From: the human T2T-CHM13v2.0 reference genome, Homo sapiens
Strand: one strand, 5' to 3'
Assembly: GCF_009914755.1 (NCBI RefSeq)
Contig: NC_060937.1
Length of the DNA: 64,000 bases
The notes below the pieces were generated by a model. It was given only the letters and a program-made list of their open reading frames with translations, was not told the origin of the DNA and did no database searches. Within the stretch, counting starts at the first letter, position 1. Every line of letters starts with the position of its first letter. Below, one piece after another: positions 1-14,184 of the stretch. The translations under genes were made by a program, and so were the position numbers.

Positions 1-68
1 GCAACTATAACACAATGGTATTTGTGTATCTAACCATAGAAAAGGAACAATAAAAACATAATATAAAA
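1..68 (+). mobile_element. Tigger3 fragment, a local copy of 3264-3331 (left end outside the window)
   Basis: 67/68 identity to 3264-3331 inside the Tigger3 element. Confidence 0.85.
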
Positions 69-410
69 TATATATACATATGTGTATATATATATGAGAA
101 CTATATATAGGAGAACTAATAGGAGATATATATATATCTCCTATTAGTTTATTAAGTATTATTAAGTATTGTATATATACTCCTATATATAATAGGAGAT
201 TTTATATATAGAAAACTAATAGGAGATACACATATATATACTCCTATATATATTTATAGATATATATGTCTATATATCATAGGAGATTATATATATATAT
301 AAAACTAATAGGATACATATATATATATATGTCCTATTAGTTTATTAAGTATTATTGTTAAGTAATGTATCTCCTATTATTTTATTAAGTTTATTAGTTT
401 ATTAAGTATT
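69..410. repeat. (TA)n-rich scrambled region with fold-back copies of MLT2A LTR sequence
   Basis: TA runs interleaved with AACTAATAGGAGA, its reverse complement TCTCCTATTAGTT, and TTTATTAAGTATT. Confidence 0.85.
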
Positions 411-773
411 AACTCACAGGATCACAAGGTCCCACAATAGGTCACCTGCAAGCTGAGGAGCAAGGAGAGCCAGTCTGAGTTCCAAAACTGAAGAACTTGG
501 AGTCTGATGTTTGAGGGCAAGAAGCATCCAGCACACGAGAAAGATGTAGGCTGGGAGGCTAGGCCAGTCTAACCTTTTCACATTTTTCTGCCTGCTTCGT
601 ATTCACTGGGAGCTGATGAGATGATGCCCTCCCAGATTAAGGGTGGGCCTGCCTTCCCCAGCCCACTGGCTCAAATGGTAATCTCCTTTGGCAACACCCT
701 CACAGACACACCCAGGATCAATACTTTGCATCCTTCAATTCCATCAAGTTGACACTCAGTATTAACCATCACA
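110..773 (-). mobile_element. MLT2A (HERVL) LTR
   Basis: Ends ...GACACTCAGTATTAACCATCACA (773), the reverse complement of the MLT2A start TGTGATGGTTAATACTGAGTG; homologous to the LTR at 60604-61150. Confidence 0.93.
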
Positions 774-1194
774 CCCATGCACCCCTGATGTTAGATGTGG
801 CCATGTGACAAGTTTTGGGAAGGAACTGTGAGTAGCTATAAGCTGTGTCCATTCTAAGGAAATGGATTTAAGGTCTGGAGCAGAGTTCTCCATTTGGTGT
901 CTTCTACTGCCGTGCCAGTGGGTTTCGGGTGGTGCAGGAGAAGATGCTGGTGTATCCCTCTGCCTGGGTTGCTGCATCAAAGTCTGCAGGACAGTGGCTC
1001 TAAAGAGCCACCCAGATTCACAGAGGATTTTTCCTGAGTAAAATAAGCACCTGTGGCATCTAGCACAGAGATTCTCAGGTGATATGTAACTGCAGCATTA
1101 CCCAGACTGTAGGGCTGAAACCCCAGATGAAGTCCTGCCACACAAGGTCTACCTCCTAGTGTGAGACAGACAATACAATGTCGATGAGACATGA

Positions 1195-2810
1195 TGTCAT
1201 ATTATGAAGAAATAAGTGCCTTAGACAGTGGAGGGAGGTGGCGGGCCAGGGACACTGAGTGGGCTGTTTAGATACGATGTTGAGGGGGAGTTTTTATTCA
1301 GTAGATGAGATATCTAAAAAACAAACAACAAAGAAGGTGCTTCATGAGAATAAAAAGCATTCCAGGGAGAAGAGCTAGTGAAAGTTCTCTGCATCTGGAT
1401 GAGCTTGGCCGACGTGAGGGACAGAGGAAGGTGCAGGGTAGAACGAGGTGAGCCTGGGGCACTGTGAGATGAGGCAGGGACAAGGCAGCAGGACGTCGCT
1501 TGGGTGATGGTTGGAATTTTCATGGGGTTCTAAGTACAATGAAAAACCAGGGAGAGGTCTGTGCAGGGCACTGGCCCATCTCAGTTGTAGAGCTCTGGCT
1601 GTGGTGTGGAATATAGAGTTCAGGGACCAAGAGTGTGAAGAAGGGGCCCCCAAGAGATCCGTGTGGATGTCCGCAGTGTTGGGAATCAGGAGAGCAGTAG
1701 TAGGAATTGCGGGAAGTGTTCAAATTCAGATAGTATTTTGGAATTAAAGCCTTACCGATGACTTAGGTGCGGGGTGAGAGGGAAAAAGAGAAACTAATAT
1801 TGACTTGCAGTGTTTTGACCTAAGCAACTTGGTGAATGGAACTGGTATTTATTAAAATGGGAAAGATCCAGATTGAAACAGGTTTTGGGGTTAGGGCTGG
1901 GGGAAAAGAAATCAAGAATTCTCCCTGAAATACATGCATGTCTATTTTAAGATATACATGTAGAATATCAATTGAACAGGTATTTGCATATATAGTTCTG
2001 GAACTCAGATCAAGTGGTCAAAGATAGAGATAGAAAGACTTTTTTTTAAAAGGCCAGGTGTGGTGGCTCATGCCTGTAATCCCAGTACTTTGGGAGGCTC
2101 AAGTGGGAGGATTGCTTGAGCCCAGGAGTTCGAGACCAGTCTGGGCAACATAGTAAGGTCCCATCTCTACACAAAAACTTAAAAAAAAAATTATCCAGGC
2201 ATGGTGGCATGCACCTTTAGTTCCAGCTACTTGTGGGACTGAGATGGCAGAATGATTTGAGCCTATGGCTGCAGTGAGTCGTGATCATGCCACTGCACTC
2301 CAGCCTGGGTGACAGACTGTCTTTAAAAACAACAACAAAAAAAAAAAAAGGAAAGAAAGATAAAGAAAATAAAAGGAGTGAGGGAGGATAGATAGGTGGC
2401 TAGGTTGAGGGATGGATAGGTGGATTACAGAACCTGTAGCATCTAAAGCCACAGGCATGAATGGAATACCTACAACATGTGTAGACAGAGAAGGCGAGAT
2501 GTCTGAGCACTGGGTCCCAGGGAGCTCTTATGTGTGGACCTCAGGAGGAGGAGGTGATCCTGCAGGACAGACTGGAAAGCAATGAGCAGGAGGGTAAGAA
2601 AAATACCCAGGTGAGTCTGTTGCTTTGGAAGAAAGCAAGGAAACCATTTCAAGAAGGAGAGAGTGACCAATTGTATCAGAGATGACCAATGGGTCAGTAA
2701 GATAAAGCAGAGAACCAAGCTTTGGAGGTGTGTGATGTCCCAGGAAGAACTTATCCATGGAACATGAGGGATAAATACCTAATTGGGTGAGTTCAAGAGA
2801 GGCTGAGTGT
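1195..2810 (-). mobile_element. L2 LINE fragments, interrupted by AluJ
   Basis: Degenerate antisense L2 motifs (AGCATTCCAGGGAGAAG; GGGGTGAGAGGGAAAAAGAG...AAGCAACTTGGTGAATGG). Confidence 0.65.
2052..2349 (+). mobile_element. AluJ
   Basis: GGCCAGGTGTGGTGGCTCA start, J-type GCTTGAGCCCAGGAGTTCGAG, dimeric body, A tail. Confidence 0.92.
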
Positions 2811-3069
2811 TTGCTGTTGGGGTAGACACATTTCAGTTTACTTCAGGTGAACCCAACACTTCAGAAAACTGTCTAACAGTTTCTTCAAAATTTTAAAATA
2901 CACCTCTCGTGTAACCCAGCCATTCCATGCCTAGGTATTTACCCAACAGAAGTAAAAACATATGCTCACACAAAGAACGGTACGCATATGTTCACAGCAA
3001 ATTTATTTGTATTAGACCCAAACTGGAAGCAACCTAAATGCCCCTCAGCAGGATAAGTGAATTGTAGCA

Positions 3070-4587
<1,518 letters not shown>

Positions 4588-4837
4588 TATTGCCATACAA
4601 TGGAATACTACTTACCAATAAAAAGGAATAAACTAATGATATGTGCAACAATGCAGATGAACTTCCAAATAATTTTGCTGATAAAAAAACCAGACAGGCA
4701 CAAAGGATTAAATACTGTGCACATATACAAAATTCTAGAAGACTTCAAGCCAATTTCTAATAAAATCAATAAGACATTGGTTATCTGAGATAAAGAGGCA
4801 TAGATTGCAAAGAAGCACAGGAAGCTAGAATTGTAGA

Positions 4838-5610
4838 CATTCTGATTGGTGAGTATTGACAGCTCATTGTGCTTCTAGTTTGCATTTCCCTGAAGACTAA
4901 CAGTGTGGAACATTTTTTATATACTTATTGGCCATTTGTATGCATTCTTTTGTAAAGTGTCTCTGCAAACTTGCTGGTATTTTTTTATTGGGTTGCTTAC
5001 CTTCTTAATATTGAAACATAAACATTGCATTATATATTCATACAATATAAATAGCACAGAAATGTATTTCTTAAAAAAAAAAAAATTTCAAGAGCCAAAC
5101 TTGCAACATTAGCTCTGTCTTCCAGGGTCTTTGTCGGGTAACGAAATCCTATAGCATTGTAGGGTGAAATATATATTACACATAAATATATCATTAGATA
5201 TATAAGATATAGAAATATAAATAAATATATATTTTTAACTATATAAATTTTTTTCAGGAACAATAAAACTTTTAATTGCAAGGTTTCTTTTCTTCCCTGG
5301 CACATTCACACTTGGTCATAGAGTATTGTATTTCAAATGCTCCTCAATTCTATTGGTTATTAAGTTCAGGTTTTTGCTAATATATATGTATTAGGCTAGC
5401 CTTCACTTATAGAATGTGTGTGTGTGTGAACACACATGTGCACCAGGACGGTATCTTCCACAGGTTTTGATATTGTAGTTTTTGCTGAATTTTTTTAAAA
5501 AGAACTCTTGTTAAAGATCTGTAATGGCTTAAGTAGCACTGGAATTATCCTTGAAGGTTAAAAGGGATTCACCAGGGAAACTGTGTGGACCTAGAATTTT
5601 TTCAAGGGAT
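4838..5610 (-). mobile_element. Old L1 ORF2 fragments, antisense
   Basis: TTTGCATTTCCCTGAAGACTAA...TTATTGGCCATTTGTATG and ATTCACCAGGGAAACTGTGTGGACCT. Confidence 0.6.
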
Positions 5611-6297
5611 AGTACATTTAATAGAGGCAATCATGGTAACATGTATATTGGTAGGAGGTTTAAATAATGAAATAATGCAGGTAAAGCTATCGTACTTTAG
5701 GGTGAATCCCAGTTCATATGTATAACAAGTTCAGAAAATCTCCCAGTTATAGGAGCTACCTTTTGCCTTGCAAATAAATCAGAAAGAAGGGAGATTAAGA
5801 AGAATGCTATGTCATCACACACTACACCATTCTAAAAGTTTTTTCGTTCCTGAGAAATGTTTAAGAATGAGGAAAGATTTAGTGGGAAATTATAGTATTG
5901 ACAATTACCCTTTGTTACATTTTTCCTGGCTATCCTTTGGGATTGAGCTGATGACAGGGCCATCTCCAAGCAGAAGTACTGTTCATATTTAGCTTTAAAC
6001 AGAACATAAAATTAAATTATGTATGACTTACTTTTTGTGACCTTCCATGATACAGCTGTATTTTTCTGAATTTAATAATTCCTTAAGGCTTTTTCTCTCA
6101 CAGCATCCTTCCTTCACCTCTCTAGGTTTTCAGTGCCTAACATTTATTTGGGTTTTATTCCCTTACTTTTTGTCATTACATACTTTTTATTACTAATGCC
6201 AAAGTCCTTTACTTGGCCTAAAAAACACAAGGAAGCTGCCCACAGAGCGCCATCAGGGGAAACAAAGAATCCCTTCCCTACCAGCTTTATGGATACC

Positions 6298-6634
6298 TGC
6301 TATGGTTTGAATATCCCCTCCAAAACTCATGTTGAAATTTAATTGTCAATGTAAGAGTATTGGGTGGTGGGATCTTGAAGAGCTGATTAGGTCTTGAGGA
6401 CTCTGCTCTCACATGTGTGGGTTAGTCATCTCTGGAGCTCAGCCTCCTTTTCCTCTGTCTGGGGGACTCACTTCCACCTTCCACCCTTCCACTGTGGGAT
6501 GGCCCTCACCAGATGCTGGCACCATGCTCTTGGACTTCCCAGCCTCTACCACCATGAGCCAAATACATCTCTTTTATTTATAAATCACCCAGTCTTTGGT
6601 ATTTTGTTAAAGCAGCAGAAAATGGACTAAGACA
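6298..6634 (+). mobile_element. MaLR LTR (MSTD/MLT1A-like)
   Basis: TGCTATGGTTTGAAT...CCCCTCCAAAACTCATGTTGAAATT start; ...AAAATGGACTAAGACA end. Confidence 0.85.
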
Positions 6635-7714
6635 ATAACATTGCTGAAAATAGACTGACCTAATAAACAGAGGAATTGAATTAGCAACTGACATAATTAG
6701 AACACATGCACACACACACAACTCATTCCTTCTAGAAAAAAACGCTGGCCATTAACCTGTGGTCCAGAATAAGCTTTAGTGACCTCAGACAGTAAACAAC
6801 TCCAGTGTAGCAACACGAGTGACTGCCTGTGACTCCCTTATTTATTATAGAGCAAGGGACAAGAGTGTGTCACGGTGTAATTGAAAATGCTTTCCCACTG
6901 GGCATTCATCAACATGTTATTAAAATCTTGTTAAAATATTGTTAGCTTGTTTAAGTTTGTCAGGTCTTATAAGCTCCAGATTTAGGATTTGTCTAAGTGC
7001 AGTGGAATGTTCCCCCATTTATAATGAACAATCATGCTCCCAGTGCCTTGTGGATCCATGGTAAACTAAAATTAGTCTTTGTCTAACAGCGTTAATTAGG
7101 ATGGTATTTAGACTGATGTCTTTCAACACTCTTGGGACCATGACTTACTCATAGATCCTCCGGTTGACACAAAAAGCTATGAACTCACATTCCTTTACAC
7201 TTTTTAATTTTAAAGATAATATCTTTGGCAGGTGAAAGACACTGTGATTTTAGCATGTCACTTGTGAAAACTCACAGGATTTCCTAGATAGTACATAGAC
7301 ATCACCCTTCATAGTACTCCACGTTTACAATTGGAGGGATGGCAGGCTTAGGGCCAAATTGAGCCGCTTTCAAAAAAATCAAATGTATGTCCAGAATCAC
7401 ATATAGGGTGATGGCAGACAATGTAACTCATTAGCACAAAGTCAAAGGTTACCTGGGAAAACAATGTTCCTGGAGGGAAAATTATAAGTGATTCCACTCT
7501 TTCCTCTTCCCCATGTCAGTGTACTTGACTTTATTGGATGAGAGTTCTGATGCATCCTCTGTTGTGTCACTTAATAAGTTGGGTATTGAAAGGTTTAGAA
7601 ATGAGTAGCTACACCATAAAGAAAAGAGAAGCATGCAAACACCCTTGGCTAGCCTAACCGCATGCTTGGAAGAGCATGGAGGAAGTAACTGCAGAGCACA
7701 ACTAAAGTTAATGT

Positions 7715-8034
<320 letters not shown>

Positions 8035-8454
8035 TTAATGTAACAAATGAATTGTTTGGTGAAGGCATTTGGCAGAGGAAGGGAATACAACAAAGAACAG
8101 CATAGGAATTATTACTGAAATACAGAAATGCTGTGGATTTTTGCCAACTTTCCAGTGACTTTATAAGCTGTGAGGTTTATAAAAAGCATAGCATGTCCTA
8201 TGCTTCTAAATTTGTAACTGAAAATATCAATAAAACTGTCCAGATAGAATTTGCATTCTTGCTATGGCTCTTAAATATAAAATATTAACATAAATGCACA
8301 TAAAACAAAATGTACTTGGCTTATTTTAATGCCACATTTTCTGTTTTAATCAGGACTTTTGCTGACATTGATCTACAGGTAGAAAATGCTCAGCTCTTCA
8401 TTCCATGCATGTTTCTAACTATCTTACAGATATTGGAATCAGAAACTCAGACTT

Positions 8455-8668
8455 TCCTTCTTTCCTCCCTCCCTCTCCCCCCTTTACCTGCCCTTTTCCC
8501 CTCCCTCCCTCCTTTCCTCCTTCCTTCCCTCCTTCCTTCCTTCCATCCTTCCTTCCTCTTTCTTCCTCCTTCTCTTCATCCCTCCCTCCTTTCTTCCTTC
8601 CCTCCTTCCCCTTTTTCCTCCTTCCCACCTTCCTTCCTTTCTTCCCTCCTTCTTTCTTTCCCGTTTCC
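8455..8668. repeat. Polypyrimidine (CCTT/CCT)n low-complexity tract
   Basis: About 210 bp of almost pure C/T. Confidence 0.95.
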
Positions 8669-9749
8669 TGTCAGTAAACCCACTCACATTTATTTAATAC
8701 CAACTACGATGAGTGATTTCCTGATCAAGGTATTCATTGTACAACAAATTATTTTACATTGGTTTTCAAGTAACCATTTCATGGAACTGATGTCATTTGA
8801 TAACTATTTGACAATGAACGATGTTTAAGTATATGTCTAATGAAAGGCATTTATAACAGAAAATGGGATTTTCAGAAAATCTACCAGGATACATGTCATC
8901 AGGAATGAATTCTAGCTAGCAGTCTCTGAAACAGCCTTCCAAGACAGAGCAAAAGAAGGCAAAGAATAACACTTATCACACATACCTAGGAAAAGAAATT
9001 CTATCCATAGAGTGCTAATCTGAGAAACCAAAATGAGATCTTCCCCACGCTTTCTTTCCTGCACGGAACAAAGCAAACTGCCAGACCAACAGCGATAAGG
9101 AGACCTTGTTCTCTCCTCTACTCCCCTGCTCCGTCCTCCGAGGACAGGAAACGTGGCAGCCAATCCTGTCCTGTAGATGAGCGGTGTTTTGAAGTGACAA
9201 ACACTGCACAGCTGCCTCCCCCACCAACACAGCACCACAATCACTATTTTTCATATTCTTATTATGTCTGCATAAAAATAAGAAAAACAAAGACCCCATA
9301 ACAGAACCCTAAGTTAGGAAGGAGCTTGGAGGTGTAAGTGTGCAGGGAAAGCTGCACAATTCCAAGGAGGAAAGTGCTGGCGGAGGAGCAGGGGCAGGGT
9401 TGAGGAATCCCGGTGGGAACAGAGCATATTCTGATGGTTCAGTTATCAGCGGACGCACTGAGGTACTGAGAAGACCCTCTCTACAGAGCACCCCACATGA
9501 ACACCTGGCCATTGTGCACACAGAGCAGGCTCCACCAGCTCCTGCTGCTGGCGTGGAGGGCGGCACTCTGTCTCAGCTGGAGCTCAGTCTACACTGACTT
9601 CTGGCAAATCCTGGGTCTGAATAAACCCCTCTTCAGGATGAGTGTATGCGCATGCACTCACAAAAAACACTTGGGAATCACGTGAGACACAGAAATGGAG
9701 GCCACCTCCTAAACTGTCAGAGGAAAGACATACTTCTGAAAATCTACCT

Positions 9750-11840
9750 AATATAACACCTAGAATAATGCTTGCTGTTTAATGACCTTAATAGCATGCA
9801 AGAAAGTTCTCCCAGAAACCAAAGGAAACATTCATGGACAAGAAATGAAAAATTAAAATAATTCAAAGGTGTGACAAAGCCAAGTGCATCAGCATGAGGA
9901 AGAGTAACTGAATTGATACTGTAGAAAATAAATCGGTGATGTGGAACAAATTTGAAAAGCTCTTCCAGAATGCAGTAGAAAAAGGCAAAGCAATAAAGAA
10001 TAACAAATATATTACCTTTATGCAGGGCAGAGAATGAAAACATAATTAAAGAAAAAAGCTTGGAAGTATAGATTAAAATACACAAAGAAAAATTAAAGAA
10101 AATAAACATCTAGAAATATTGAATTTTTATTATAATATAAAGAAAATTGCCTTAAGCATTCAGGTCATAAACAAGTTATTTAAAAAGGAAGAAATACCAA
10201 ATTGACCTTAGATTTCTTTTTTTGCCAGGTGATGCATTTGAAGACAATAAAGCATAGAGCTACAGAAGTGAGTAGCTACATCATAAAGAAAACAGAAGCA
10301 TGCAAACACCCTTGGCTAGCCCAACTGCATGCTTGGAAGAGCACGGAGGAAGTAACTGCAGAGCACAACTAAAGTTAATGTGGCTGGGCACAGTGGCTCA
10401 CGCCTGTAATCCCAGCACTGTGGGAGGCCGAGGTGGGTGGATCACTTGAGGTCAGGAGTTCGAGACCAGCCTGGCCATCATGGTGAAACCCCATCTCTAC
10501 TAAAAATACAAAAATTAGCCAAGTGTGGTGGTGCACACCTGTAATTCCAGCTACTCAGGAGGCTGAGGCAGGAGGATCACTTTTAACCCAGGAGGCGGAG
10601 GTTGCCGTGAGGCAAGATTGTGCCACTGCACTCCAGCCTGGGCAATAGAGCAAGATTCTGCCTCACAAAAAAAAAAAAAAAAGTAGAGCATGTAATAAAC
10701 TAATACTGAGGGTGGCAGAAATAAAACAATGGGTGAAAATTAAAGCAATTACAAAGGAAAGCAATAGTATAATGTAACACAATTTTGGGACATACAAAAA
10801 AAATCAAATGGGACTGAGATTATTTAATATTGATAACGGGAATAATCTAAACTGGAAATAGAAAAACTATGAATTTTAATGCATCAGAAATATAATATCA
10901 AAAACTTAAAGTAAGATCTCTTAGGAATTCAAGGAGAATGTAATATAACTATTAATATATACGTTATGTCCACATGACTCTATCACATAAGCCATATATT
11001 CTGACCATTTGAAAGCTGGACATAATTAATAAAATATTACATTTAAAGCTCCAGCCTCTGAACCTGAATTGCCACAGGAACTCTGAAGAGCAGTTGGGCA
11101 ATATTTATTAAAATTAGAAATGTTCATACCCATCAGTTTCACGATTTCACTTCTAAGTGCACACCTTAGGGAATACTCCTACATGTTCAAGAGAAGAGAC
11201 ACGTTAGAGGATCACTACGGCAGTGTTTACAGCAGGAAAAAAAGTGGAAAATAACAGAAACAGCCCTCAGTAGGGAATGAATAAAATGCAGAATATGCTG
11301 GACTACTGTGAAGAAATGTTAAAATACACAGAAGATCTAAATTGGCATATATGTAACATAAGCAACTGAGCTCTGGGTGTTAGAAGTTAGCAATCGGACT
11401 CCATGTAAGCATCAAAGGGGAAGTTAGCATTGCCTACAGGATTTAATTCTTGTTCTGTCTCTTATGCATAATGTATACATCTATTACATGTGTAATTATT
11501 AAAAATACTAGTCATTATTTTTCATCCTGAAGGATAGGAATATGCATGATGGTTTTATTATGTTTTATGTTTCCTTTTTTGCAATATCCTCATTTATGAA
11601 AGCTGTAACTGGTGAATAAACATTAAAATAAGTAACTCTTAGACCAAAAGGAAATAAAAACTAGAATTACAGATTATTTTGACAATAAAATATTGAGACT
11701 ACAAAGTAGTGACATTTAAAAGTTGTGGCCAAAGCTGTTCCCTGAGGCAAAAATGTCACCCTTAAACATTCCAGTTATTAAACATTGAAGAAATACAAAT
11801 AAACTTAGTATACAATTTGAGAAGATAGAAAACCAAGCCC
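9750..11840 (+). mobile_element. Highly degraded L1M/HAL1-like fragments
   Basis: A-rich sense strand with ORF1-, ORF2- and 3'UTR-like stretches (e.g. ATTTCACTTCTAAGTGCACACCTTAGGGAA). Confidence 0.5.
10382..10682 (+). mobile_element. AluSz-like, chimeric at its 5' end with the Alu at 7715
   Basis: Full dimer with GATCACTTGAGG; first ~56 bp and 118 bp of flank match the 7597-7770 locus. Confidence 0.93.
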
Positions 11841-12923
11841 CCTAAAAATCAATAGATGTGTTTTTATATAAACTTTAAGATGGATGCTAGCTTCCTCATG
11901 ACCAGACAAAAACAGACATCCAAAGATTTCACGTGGGGAGTGCGGGAGGAAGGGCTGGGAATGTTAGTCACAACACTATAATATTTGTGAGCTAATATTT
12001 TCCTGGGTTCCACTGAGGGAATAGCAGGAGAGAGGGACATGCTGAGAAAACAATTCTAAACAGAACACCTAATGGCCTCCAGGTTACTCTGTGTTGGTGT
12101 GGATGAGGGGGCTGTGGAGAGGGGGGTTTCTGAGCCATCACAGTGGCTAATTTTTCTGGAATGATGTAAACTTTCCAGAAGAAAGTTTCTAGCAGCCACC
12201 TTGCATGAAGAGCTATTCTTAACCCCCATGAACAGAGAGAGAACAAGAATGGAAGGGTGAAAAGCCATCGTGAGCAGAAGGGGAAAAGCCCTAAACTTTT
12301 TTCATTTGTGGTGAAGGTTGGACCTGGGGTTTCCTGTGGTGTCAAGATGGCGAGAAGGTGATGGAGGCCTCTTGGAGACCTGAGAAGAATTTCAATTATT
12401 GTTCTTGTTGAACAAGAGATTCTACTCGCAACCACTTGACAGAAAACGCCGTCTTCCGTTTCTATTCTAATTGATAACATGCCCTGTATCTTCTCGCCCT
12501 GGGATGAAAACACTTTCCACTGATTTTTACGTGAGAATTTGTGCAATTTTCTTTGAAACAAAAAGTAGTTTACTGTGTTTTTTTTTTTTCCAGTGTGAAC
12601 ACAGAATTGTTACATGGGCTTGAGGGCTTTGCTTTTTCATTGGTTTTCTCATATTTTCAAGAAATTTCTCATTAACCTCACCAGGGACTGGCATGATTTA
12701 TTAAGGGTCCTGTGGAGCATCAACTTTGAATTAGTAGTCTTGTTTCACTCAGGATGAATTTTTAAATAGATTATTTTTCCAAAATCAAAGCAAGAAAAAA
12801 ATGAAAAGCAAGAAAAATCAAAGCAAGAAAAAAATTGGGGAAAATTGCAGAAGGCAGGCTGCATAATGGTCTACACGAGATTGTCTCCCAACCAGATAGA
12901 CCGAACCCTGTTAAAGAGGCTGC

Positions 12924-13388
12924 TGCAGCAGATGATGTAATTCCAAAATGGCCACAACACTTCCTACCCCACATGTCCTTCCACAATATGACTCAACTGC
13001 GCCCCCATCAAGTCTAAGAGAATTCCTCTCCCTCTACTTAGGAGCTTACAACTGCTTTGTCCAATAATGTAAGGGGGAAGTAATGCTCTGTAGCTTCCGA
13101 AGCTGAGTCATGAAAGGGAATGCATCTTGCACCCATTCACTAGAACACTCACACCTGGAACCCCCAGCTGGCAGGTAAGAAGTTTGACTCCCTGAGGCAG
13201 CCATGTTGTGAGAAAGCCCAGCCATGAGGAGGATGTGCTCAGGTGCTCTGGTCAAAAGTCAACTCTTTGAATCATCCAGCTGAGGCTCCAGACCTTATGA
13301 GACAAGCCATTCCCACTGGGCCTTGTCTGAATTTGTGAGCACCATCAACTGTGTGATTGAGGCCATTAAGTTTTGCCGTAACCAGAAC
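12924..13388 (+). mobile_element. MLT1 (G/H-like) MaLR LTR
   Basis: CAAAATGGCCACAACAC..., AGCCATGTTGTGAGAAAGCCCAG, end ...TAACCAGAAC. Confidence 0.7.
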
Positions 13389-14184
13389 TGTTATGGGTTG
13401 AATTTTGTCCCCTCAAAATTTATTTGTTGTTTGAAAATGAGGACACTGCAGATATAACTCATTAAGATGAAGTTATAGTGAAGCAGGGTGGATCCCTAAT
13501 CCCTTGTGACTAATGTTCTTATAAAAGGGAATATTTGGACAAAGACACAAACACAGAAAGAATGCCAAGTGAAGATGAAGGCAGAGATTGGGATGATGCT
13601 TTTATAAGCCAAAGGACGCCAAAGATTGCCAGAAAATCACCAGAAGTCACCTTGGTGCTTGGAACAGATTCTCACTCACCACCTGATATGGTTTGGCTCT
13701 GTTCCCTACCCAAATCTCATGTGGAATTGAAATTGCCAGTGTTGGAGGAGGGGCCTGGTGGGAGGTGATTGGATCATGGGGGCAGATTTCCTCCTTGCTG
13801 TTCTCATGATAGTGAGTGACTTCTCACGAGATCTGATTGTTTCAAAGTTTGAAACAATCCCCTGCCACCCTTGATACCATGTGAAGAAGATGCCTGCTTC
13901 CCCTTTGCCTTCAACCATGATTGTAAGTTTCCTGAGGCCTCCCAGCCATGCTTCCTGTACAGCCTGTGGAACTGTGAGCCAATTGAACCTCTTTCCTTCA
14001 TAAATTACTCAGTCTCATATAGTCCTTTATAGCAGTGTGAGAATGAACTAACGCAGGCACACTTGGAAGGAAGCAACACTGATGATATTCTGATCTCAGA
14101 CTTCTAGCTGCTGGAATAAATTAATGTTCTTGAAGTCATCTTGTTTGTGGTATTTTTTTACAGCAGCCATGGCAAACAAATACA
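13389..14184 (+). mobile_element. MLT1C-like LTR interrupted by MSTA
   Basis: TGTTATGGGTTGAATTTTGTCCC start; GTGAAGATGAAGGCAGAGATTGG; ...GCAAACAAATACA end. Confidence 0.8.
13684..14055 (+). mobile_element. MSTA/B LTR
   Basis: TGATATGGTTTGGCTCTG...CCAAATCTCATG; GGGAGGTGATTGGATCATGGGGGC; end GAATGAACTAACGCA. Confidence 0.9.

Noticed and set aside
8310-8828. 172-aa ORF and overlapping ORFs
   Set aside because: Open only because of the stop-free CT repeat; low-complexity L/P/S/F product
11992-12561. 189-aa minus-strand ORF, the longest in the window, with a YY1-like CAAGATGGCG at ~12343
   Set aside because: Non-ATG start, no recognisable domain, no supporting exon structure; one motif alone is not a promoter
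12781-12835. Short tandem duplications (AAAATCAAAGCAAGAAAAA; also 24093-24135 and 39466-39502)
   Set aside because: Ordinary slippage-type micro-duplications; not array-like and no spacers, so not CRISPR-like
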